Shown here in pieces: positions 55,430 through 61,637 of a DNA stretch of 64,000 bases. Made by a program: the position numbers and the translations under genes. The notes beneath the pieces are model-generated. The model ran no database searches. It was not told where the DNA came from and was given only the letters and a program-made list of their open reading frames with translations. Position 1 is the stretch's first letter; every line of letters begins with the position of its first letter. The stretch comes from Octopus sinensis (Eukaryota), in NCBI RefSeq assembly GCF_006345805.1, contig NC_043005.1, positions 20,460,001-20,524,000 of the forward strand, written 5' to 3'.

Positions 55430-58400
55430 TTCTCTTTATCACAAGTTTTGTTGCAGCTCCTGGAGTTTTACATGTGTTGTGTATTATCATTATTAATACC
55501 TCTGCCTTAGCGAAAGTGGGGGCATTGTTTTCAGTTGCATTTGTTTGTTTGTTTGTTCATGGACAAGATATCTCAAGAACTGCTGGTTGGATTCAAATGA
55601 AATGTGATGAAGTTCACCTGTCATTTTATTCATTCCTCCAGGGTGTTATTTTAGTAACTCACAAACATATTTGCACTCATGTATTTTGAGGAGTGAAAGT
55701 GTAGTAGATTCAGAACATTTTCTGAGAATGTGCACTTTCAGATGTCCCTCAAAATTGCAGCTGCTTGATGTAAAATGTTTGGCAAATTCTGTCAAACTAC
55801 TGCAATTGTGCCTAATGAATCTACCTGTGCCTATTGAATCTTTTGTTCAATTGTTCTGTTGTACAGCCAACATAAATAAAGTTGTGTTTAGTGCATTCTG
55901 CTGCATACACCCAATGAGAATCTTTACATGTCTCACCTTTTGTATAAATCATAACGTTTCTGTTATGATTCTTGATGGATTTGACTCAACTCATGTTGTT
56001 GCACAATGAACAGGGCTAACTTCTTTTGCATCTGTTGCAGCATTCAGAAACACCAGTTTTAGTTTTGTTGGAGTCAGTAGTAGAGGATAATATTTCTCTT
56101 ATATTTTGTTGAGGGCTACTGAGTTATAGCTTAGACTTGTTCAACCATCTGCTGCTCCATTTTTCTTTGCAATACACATATCATATGCTCTCTTATTACA
56201 AACCACTTGTACAACTATCTGTCACTCACATCTTCTCCTTGACCACTTTAGTGTTGATGTCATCATAAAATACACTCTGTATACTCCACACTGTAAAGTG
56301 GTTGGTGTTTAGGAGGGCAGCCAGTCAAAGAAATCTTACTAAATAAAACATACAAGTAGGAAAAGATGCATATTCATGGTTCAAGGGAATGCTACAAGTC
56401 TGAATGAGAGGTGACTGATATTGCATGAAGGGATCCAATTTGCACTAGCAGCATAAAATGATGATAATAATACTAAAATATTTATATGCATCAACACACA
56501 CAAATATACAAGGTATGTATTGAAACATATCTGAATATATGTATTCACTGTTTTACACATGCATATATGTATGTACATGTACATACACCCATATGTGTGT
56601 GCGTGTGTGTGTGCGTGCTTGTGCGTGCTTGTGTGTGTGTGTGTGTGTGTGTGTGCATTCATATCACTGTGTAAATAGCTCAACTTGCTTCAGTCAGTAC
56701 CTTTTATTGTAAATTTGTTACCTTCTCATTCTCACCTTCCTCCTAACATACATTCACCATTAGTGCTAATTTCTCTCATTAATTTCAGGTAAGGTTGACT
56801 GTAAAACTCCAAAAGATGTTGCTGGTGCAAAAAAGACCTACACTACAACTACCTTAAAATCTGAAGTGATTTATACTTGTCCAAAAGGAACGAAGCTAAA
56901 ATCAATATGTGGAGAGGACAATAAATGGAGTTCACTTGCATTTTCTTGCAAAGGTAACATAAACAGCTTTTCTCTATTTGTCTCTGTCTAGGTGACTTTT
57001 TAAAAAAAGTTTTACTTATGTGTTTTTGTCAGAAGAAAGTTTGCTCTTCATACATACATCTTCTTTGCCCATTTAATGCTGGAAGGGGAGTGGGGGAAGA
57101 ATCCTCAAGCATACCTTTCATGAGATCCTGTCAGAAGCAACTGTCTTCTGTTAGTCTCCAAGACCAGCCAAGCACAGGTATGTTATCCAAGCACCTTGCT
57201 CGTGGTTTATTCCTGGGTCTCCTGCCTGTTGGTTTTGCCTGTAAAACAAGTCTTTCCCAATACAATCTTACCACATGCCCATATTATCAGAGTTGTGATC
57301 TCTTAATTTGGAGACATTGTGGCTCTACCTGGAGTGACACACCGATTTCTGAGCTACACATTCTATCGAGTAACATTACTCCTATGTCCCTTTGGTGTAA
57401 CCCCATCTTGACCACTTGTATTTGTGATCGTATTGCTTCAGTCATTACCCATGAGTTATGACCACAGGTAAGGATAGGCTTAAACACCAAATTATTCAGC
57501 ATTTGCACTTACTTCTCTTCTGATGATGATGGAATGTTGAAACTGGCACATTACTGCCCCAGCTCCTGTAATTCTTGCACTAAATTGAGCCACTTTCTTT
57601 TAATCACTTGTGAAAACAATTCCTTGATACTTGAACTTCTCCTGCTTCAGCGAAACTTTATTTATATGTAGAGTACTTCACGCAAGCTTCTTAAGAGAAT
57701 TAGTGTCTTAATCTTTGCAGAACTGATTTTCTATCCTGCTGAGCAGCTCTCAGCAGGAAACCTCTCATGAGCTTGTCAGAGATCACCTTCTGATGAGTTG
57801 AGTCATTCAAATTTCAGCCAACTATTCCTATACCTACTGGTCTCAATTCCACTTTCAACTCAGTTGCACATGTTAGTCCTTTCCTCTATGGGTGAAGTTT
57901 GACATCCATAGAGATTTCAAGACAACAAGCTGTCCTTTATTCATTGTCCCATCCTCCTGAAGAACCTCCCACAATACGTCCTGAGTGATTTAGTCATATA
58001 TAGCCTTTTCAAGGTCTACAAAGCAAGCATACACCTCTTGACCATACTTCCATGATGTCTTGAAAATTTGTTGCAGTTTGCATATTTGGTTGTCTGTGCT
58101 GTATCCGTTGTGAAAAACCACACTGTTTGCCTGCCAGCATAGATTTGACAATATCCTAACAACTCTTCATCAAACACTCAGCATAGATTCTAATGGGGGA
58201 GCTTCACAAGGAGATTCTTCTATAATTAGTGCATTCTGCCTTGCCTCCCTTTTTGAAAATTATTCATCTGAGGCTGAATTTTGTCTTCTCCAGGAACCTT
58301 GCCGTATTTGAGCTTTGTAATTGCTCTTGTGACCAGTTTCTGAAAGGTTAGTCATCACTCCTAGATGCACCTCATATGTGTCAGAAGATGGACCAAGTAT

Positions 58401-61400
58401 TCTCTCCACCTCATGAGGACACAACTCTTTTCCGAGAGAAGAAATCCAAATGAGTTTCTGAAAGCAGGCATGTGACCGAACGATCTGCTAAAATTCTTCA
58501 TTTGCTGAACTTAGGTAGAGGGCCTGACCAGATGCTATCCTGCAATCTCCCTCTAACACTGTCAAAACATGCAATGGGCTTACAACCTGCCCTGGGGAGT
58601 GTGGGAAGGACATACAATGGTTATGTACTCTGAGACACCCCAAAAGGTCCAAAGGATGGTGGGGAATAATTTGGCTGTGTCTACAATTCCATGACATTTA
58701 TGACTGGAAGGAAGAAGTTATCCTCAGACCAGTGACCTCCTCAAATGCTTACAACAGAATATACTGCATTAAAGCTACCCAAGAATCAGGTAATACTGTT
58801 AAACTGGGTGATGAAGTAAGTCTATCACCTAAGAAATGGAAATATGGTAGCTTCCACATGGTTTCCATCTACCAGATTTAATTCTATTTTGCAAAGCAAA
58901 TTTTTAACCCTGCAGCCAAAACCCAAAACAATACCATATTGTTTGGAAATGAATTTATTAACCCCACAACTATACCTGAGACCATCTTGGCAGTTTTCTT
59001 CTGACTTTCTCATCTGGCCTTTGTGTCATTATTCGAAACACATACAATATAATGTACTAACTCCCTTACAGCAATTCTTTGAAACAGCTGTCCAATGCCC
59101 AAGTAATCTTCCAATTTGTCATGCTCAATTACTAACGAGAATAATGGTTTCTGAATAGGACATAGATGTTGATGAGAAGGGTTTAGTTTATAACATCAAA
59201 ACCAGCACTTGATTAGTACTTTATGTCGTCAACCCACACAAGTGTGAAACAAAAAGACTGACCATGGCTGGAAAATGAAAGCATCCAAATACTTACTGTA
59301 AAGTATTTCTTCTCTTGCTGTATTGGTGATGGTACAAAGACAGGCAAAAAGCATGGTGGTTGACAGAGTTAAATGAATAATAAGAAACATTAGTATTTAT
59401 GTATACAATTAAAATAAAGATGAGGATGATGATGCAATCCTCTTGAATGTAGTGGGATCTGCATCTGGGGTGGTGGTGGGGGAAACTGAAAAAAAACCCA
59501 CCATCCAAGATCACCCTAAAATCCAAGGGAAACTGTCCTCTCCAGTAATTATTCTCTGACCTAAAGGCTTATGCACTGTGGTCCCCATCTGCCTTTGCCA
59601 TATTTGACACTTTCACCATCATTTCAATAATTTCACTTGACTGTATCTCACCCTCAATCCTTACCATTTACAAGTGAAAGGTGGAAACACCAATGCAGGA
59701 TCCATGGAAAAAGAAAGTTTCTGTTATTTGATCTTTCAACCTTATCCACCACACAACCATTTAACTGTCATTATCTCGCAGTGGCAAACTACCTTCTCTG
59801 CCTGGTTAAAGGACAGTTGGGGCAATGAATTTTTGAACTTAATATTGCATACTAACAGTTCTGACACATTTTATCCTCTGATATAATCTTTTGCCTGATT
59901 GAAATCACTAGCTGTTCCTCTAGATCAGTGCTTCTCAAACTATCTGATGTGTTGTACTGACAGTTTTTTTCCAATGTGCCAGGGACCAGTAATATTTCTT
60001 AGTTATATCAATTTATACTGGAAACAATATATATAATGAATATAATAAATATTGACAATTTTTTTTTATCTTATATTTATTTTGTAAACAAATAATATAA
60101 TATTACATAAGCATTTTAAAATGTTTCTCTTTTGGAAACTGGCCACATAACAGCAGTTGCTGGCCTGCAGACCAGCGCTGGTCCATGGACCACCACTTTG
60201 AGTAGCACTGCACTAGGTTGTCATGGCAATGGTGGTGGACATTACTTGGTTCATTGTTAATATATCTTTTCAATAAATAATCAAGCTGACAGAATCATCA
60301 GCATGCCAGATGAAATGCTTAGTGACATTTCATATGGCTTTATGTTTTGAGTTCAAATTCTGCTGAGTTTGACTTTGCTTTTTATTCTTTCTGGGATGAT
60401 AAAATAAGTAGCAATTGATCACTAGGGTCGATGGAATTAACTTACCCCAGCCCCAAAATTTCTGGCCTTGTGTCAAAATGTGAAACCAATATACATATTA
60501 CAGTAATAAACACTTGAATTGACTCACAGATGCTCAGGAAGGACATAGATCACGATAATCTTACAATCGTAGAAAGGAGGGTGGACATAGAATTTCATGG
60601 CATCACTGTTTCTGCTATGACTAGCTTCTTAAAAAATAAACATACCATCTCATTGCAATTAATTACTGTATTTGTTGGTGTATAAGACATGCTCTCTTCA
60701 TTTTTAGATACTTCATAACATTACCCTCTGTCCAATGCCACTATGGATAGGAGATCCAATGTTGTAGGATAAGGATCTGGATAAGCATGAGTACTTTATG
60801 CACAATAATCATTATTAATAATGAAATATTGAAAACAAACCAAAATAACACACAATGTTTTCAGAAACTTAGGAAAAATTGAACCCACATCAGCTCATTA
60901 TACATCCTTCCTCAGGATACATAATCTACACCTGATATATGTACGATGAAATGTACTAAATTTGTTTTCTTTTCCAAGAAAATATACCTGTAAAGGTATA
61001 TGGTTCAGTAGTTTGAGCATTGGGTTTACAATTGTGAAGTTATGAGTTCAATTCCCAGATTGGGCTATGTGGTGTGTTTTTGAGTAAGGCACTTTATAGG
61101 AAATCCTATGGTCATTCATGACTAAAGGAGATCTTTACTCTTTTGTAACTGTAAAATAGAGGACTGTCTTATGTGCTGACAAACATGGTACATCTTTATT
61201 GTTTAGGTATATGGCCTAACACTATGACAGAAAATAATGTCTTTCCAAGGGCGTTAACTGTGTATGTAAAATAAACTGACTTAGACTGAAAATCACACTT
61301 AGAACATTTACTAACACCTACCTCAAATTTTTGGCCTTTTATCTTTATTAAAAATTATTGTTGTTATATTTCACTGATCTAAATTTTACTTTAACTCTAG

Positions 61401-61637
61401 ATATACAGCTCAGCTTCGTGAAAGTAAAGAACGCCAGTCTGGATGTACTTAAGAAAACATTGATAGATAGCAAAACCTTAACAGGAGAAGCCTGTGCAGC
61501 AAAATGCATGACTCTTGAAAGTTGTTTATCATTTGAAATAACAAAAAGTGGAAAATGTTATAAGTTAGAGGATACTGCAGCTTTCTCTAACCATATAAAG
61601 ATAACCCCAAACAGAGATTACTACCAACGAGTAAAAC
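2898..61637 (+). CDS. Multi-exon modular PAN/apple + Sushi(CCP) domain gene or tandem gene cluster, partial; 11 domain exons, all phase 1-1
   Basis: Eleven exons with canonical polypyrimidine-AG acceptors and GT donors, lengths 234,171,240,234,171,168,240,234,171,165,237 (all multiples of 3), no internal stops, conserved Cys spacing. Junction codons (G+CT, G+GT, G+AT, C+CC, C+CT) are all sense. No ATG or signal-peptide exon seen in the window. Confidence 0.85.
3512..4228 (-). mobile_element. Degraded mariner (DD34D-type) element
   Basis: Minus strand [19 protein letters not shown]...HPGRS and [10 protein letters not shown]...[16 protein letters not shown]; terminal TA|ttgggtcatcccataaataatg. 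Confidence 0.75.
4229..4900 (-). mobile_element. R4/Dong-like non-LTR retrotransposon RT fragment
   Basis: [42 protein letters not shown] (RT N-terminal block). Confidence 0.65.
5524..5980. repeat. Long (ATT)n microsatellites
   Basis: Direct reading; other long arrays at 1430-1545, 19997-20078, 43843-43997, 52750-52822, 54048-54094, 55308-55428, 63661-63775. Confidence 0.95.
5677..6460 (-). mobile_element. Two stacked R4/Dong-like 3' ends, each with an (AAT)n tail
   Basis: 5981-6460: RLE domain [34 protein letters not shown] and [17 protein letters not shown]. 5677-5853: [16 protein letters not shown] plus 3' UTR. ATT arrays at 5524-5676 and 5856-5980. Confidence 0.75.
6465..6645. repeat. 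Compound tetranucleotide microsatellite (ATGT/ACGT/ACGG/ATGG)
   Basis: Direct reading. Confidence 0.95.
7247..7417 (+). CDS. Exon CCP1: Sushi/CCP domain
   Basis: caatttcag|CT...TGTAAAG|gtaaca; 171 nt; [56 protein letters not shown]; 4 Cys, C-x2-P start, V-x-Y-x-C, C-x5-W-x6-C. Confidence 0.9.
8211..8242 (+). CDS. Putative terminal mini-exon T1 ([10 protein letters not shown]-stop)
   Basis: Strong acceptor atttttttttatttgtctctag|GACAT; in phase 1 it reads to TAA at 8240-8242; homologous acceptor after CCP2 at 30602. Confidence 0.45.
9590..11230 (+). mobile_element. Degraded DNA transposase, CMC/Chapaev3-like
   Basis: Frameshifted motifs [87 protein letters not shown]. Family assignment is from memory of these motifs. 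Confidence 0.65.
11879..12118 (+). CDS. Exon PANb1: PAN/apple domain, second subtype
   Basis: ttttactttaatcctag|AT...GATC|gtaatt; 240 nt; [79 protein letters not shown]. Confidence 0.88.
13379..13765 (-). mobile_element. Non-autonomous Helitron
   Basis: On the minus strand, 3' end cccgagcaacgccaggcaatactgCTAG|t with subterminal hairpin; 5' end TATATATATAAAGCTGTAGTTGTCTGT. Confidence 0.7.
14453..14673. mobile_element. piggyBac-type MITE
   Basis: TTAA|cccttttgttac ... gtaatgaaaggg|TTAA (TTAA on both sides, about 12-bp imperfect TIR). Confidence 0.75.
15002..15540. repeat. Long inverted repeat, arms about 195 bp, spacer about 147 bp
   Basis: 15002-15198 is the reverse complement of 15346-15540 at roughly 90% identity; no clear TSD. 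Confidence 0.9.
15640..16300 (+). mobile_element. RTE-LINE 3' end plus SINE-like tail ending (GAT)n
   Basis: Similar to the 3' end of the RTE copy at 33764-35560; ends aacccatgccagtatggacaatgaatgctaaatgatgatg. Confidence 0.65.
17580..19430 (-). mobile_element. R4/Dong-like RT C-terminal fragment interrupted by a mariner
   Basis: EGYKYLGVL ... KEY|[24 protein letters not shown] ... [12 protein letters not shown]; the frame joins across the mariner TA site. Confidence 0.7.
18054..19340 (-). mobile_element. Full-length mariner transposon, 1287 bp, frameshifted transposase
   Basis: TA target duplication (18052-53, 19341-42); 37-bp TIR cgagg(g/a)cgttcaataagtaatgcc(c/t)ctgacccactt with 2 mismatches; ORFs 18916-19218 and 18245-18934 with [19 protein letters not shown]. 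Confidence 0.95.
20731..20964 (+). CDS. Exon PANa2: PAN/apple domain
   Basis: gatttttttccag|CC...AATCCAG|gtcagt; 234 nt; [77 protein letters not shown] (the ORF track splits it over two frames). Confidence 0.9.
21155..22230 (+). mobile_element. Non-autonomous Helitron (about 1.08 kb)
   Basis: A|TCTTCTTTAAATATAAAACTGAGAATGTGTGTCTGTCTG 5' end; 3' hairpin gaccc-ggcaacgat-gggtc followed by tttaatgCTAG|T. Confidence 0.75.
22231..25641 (+). mobile_element. Helitron with degraded Rep/PIF1 helicase
   Basis: [62 protein letters not shown]; 3' hairpin caccgtcc-gaa-ggacaggtg then catttgCTAG|T at 25638-25641; the 5' boundary is inferred. Confidence 0.8.
25128..25540 (+). mobile_element. tRNA-derived SINE nested in the Helitron
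   Basis: A box tggcttagtggttagg, B box gagttcaattcc. Confidence 0.65.
25656..26140 (+). mobile_element. tRNA-derived SINE with internal (TA)/(TATG) microsatellite
   Basis: ggcataggagtggctgtgtggtaag...ggttccgagttcagtcc head; tail ggtgctccagcatggccacagtc also seen at 1-200. Confidence 0.7.
26159..27050 (+). mobile_element. Penelope-like RT fragment with inverted partial duplication
   Basis: [32 protein letters not shown]; 26159-26315 is inverted relative to 26464-26597. Confidence 0.75.
27490..28070 (+). mobile_element. Degraded RTE-LINE 3' fragment plus tail
   Basis: Homologous to 34560-35560. Confidence 0.65.
28400..29150 (-). mobile_element. R4/Dong-like fragment (zinc-knuckle region)
   Basis: Minus strand HGYLAQK...[17 protein letters not shown]...[20 protein letters not shown], a degenerate CRxC...HI...C knuckle. 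Confidence 0.55.
29607..29777 (+). CDS. Exon CCP2: Sushi/CCP domain
   Basis: ctcttgttaatcccag|GT...TGTAAAG|gtaaag; 171 nt; [56 protein letters not shown]. Confidence 0.9.
30602..30669 (+). CDS. Putative terminal mini-exon T2 ([22 protein letters not shown]-stop)
   Basis: acttcatttatttgtttctag|GACAT...ATACAAAGA, homologous to T1; phase-1 frame ends at TAA 30667-30669. Confidence 0.45.
31222..32330 (-). mobile_element. Degraded mariner element
   Basis: [14 protein letters not shown]...[22 protein letters not shown]; TA|ttggattggagcaaaagt terminus. Confidence 0.7.
33764..35560 (+). mobile_element. Young 5'-truncated RTE-clade LINE; 356-aa RT ORF at 33774-34844, 3' UTR and (GAT)n tail
   Basis: [48 protein letters not shown]; single frameshift near the C-terminus. 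Confidence 0.92.
35684..35851 (+). CDS. Exon CCP3: Sushi/CCP domain (absent from ORF track)
   Basis: ttctgttaccaatttcag|CT...TGTAAAG|gtaaag; 168 nt; [55 protein letters not shown]. Confidence 0.87.
36707..37982 (+). mobile_element. Tc1/mariner-superfamily element, maT/DD37D-like, 1276 bp, degraded
   Basis: TA|cagggtgtc(t/c)caaaattaaggcaacca TIRs (about 27 bp, 1 mismatch), TA on both sides; [28 protein letters not shown]. Confidence 0.88.
39822..40061 (+). CDS. Exon PANb2: PAN/apple domain
   Basis: tcttattttaaatgtag|GT...GTAGAAC|gtaatt; 240 nt; [79 protein letters not shown]. Confidence 0.88.
40975..41500 (+). mobile_element. RTE-LINE 3' fragment
   Basis: Homologous to 34660-35230. Confidence 0.65.
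42400..43150 (-). mobile_element. LINE AP-endonuclease region fragment (RTE-like)
   Basis: Minus strand GAVIDTDH motif in degraded coding-like sequence. Confidence 0.45.
44908..45141 (+). CDS. Exon PANa3: PAN/apple domain
   Basis: cttttgtttttccag|CT...AATCCAG|gttagt; 234 nt; [77 protein letters not shown]. Confidence 0.9.
45915..46640 (+). mobile_element. RTE-LINE 3' fragment plus SINE-like tail
   Basis: Homologous to 34380-35560. Confidence 0.65.
47400..48720 (+). mobile_element. Degraded RTE-LINE RT fragment
   Basis: [27 protein letters not shown]. Confidence 0.75.
49515..50800 (+). mobile_element. RTE-LINE with internal inversion (+/-/+) and SINE-like tail
   Basis: + strand [15 protein letters not shown]...[13 protein letters not shown] (49705-49850); - strand [16 protein letters not shown] (49935-50105); + strand 3' end from about 50120. 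Confidence 0.75.
51078..51499 (+). repeat. Tandem duplication of about 208 bp containing the CCP4 branch/polypyrimidine region
   Basis: 51078-51285 and 51290-51499 are near identical. Confidence 0.95.
51505..51675 (+). CDS. Exon CCP4: Sushi/CCP domain
   Basis: ttctgtcatcaattccag|CT...TGCAAAG|gtaacg; 171 nt; [56 protein letters not shown]. Confidence 0.9.
53220..53420 (+). mobile_element. DINE-1/Helentron-like non-autonomous element
   Basis: attacctccgtc...ggcggaggtatt subterminal hairpin followed by gtttgtttgt; similar copy at 55495-55630, reverse copies near 9030-9055 and 9440-9545. Confidence 0.55.
53940..54760 (-). mobile_element. R4/Dong-like RLE domain and two stacked 3' UTRs with (AAT)n tails
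   Basis: Minus strand [27 protein letters not shown]; 3' UTR motif gtttcttt(a/g)ccctag...aagaaatggaa repeated twice, each followed by AAT repeats. Confidence 0.65.
56789..56953 (+). CDS. Exon CCP5: Sushi/CCP domain (absent from ORF track)
   Basis: ttctctcattaatttcag|GT...TGCAAAG|gtaaca; 165 nt; [54 protein letters not shown]. Confidence 0.87.
57090..58690 (-). mobile_element. RTE-like LINE inserted in the CCP5 downstream intron; its end is shared with 51840-52299
   Basis: Minus strand [27 protein letters not shown]...LQIKRSQL; post-CCP intron homology resumes at about 58700. Confidence 0.6.
59926..60210. mobile_element. hAT (Charlie-like) MITE
   Basis: TIRs cagtgcttctcaaa / tttgagtagcactg; degenerate 8-bp TSD ctctagat / cactaggt with CTAG core. 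Confidence 0.75.
61401..61637 (+). CDS. Exon PANb3: PAN/apple domain
   Basis: ttttactttaactctag|AT...GTAAAAC|gtaatt; 237 nt; [78 protein letters not shown]. Confidence 0.88.

Noticed and set aside
29778-57580. Dscam-style docking/selector pairing for mutually exclusive CCP exons
   Set aside because: The duplicated tracts are same-strand, and I could not find a unique complementary docking site by eye. The exons are kilobases apart and in frame together, so mutual exclusivity is unsupported without RNA data.
2898-61637. Assigning a gene symbol (e.g. plasminogen, HGF, selectin, cephalotoxin)
   Set aside because: No kringle, protease, lectin, EGF or TSP exons are seen, and the architecture matches no gene I can name.
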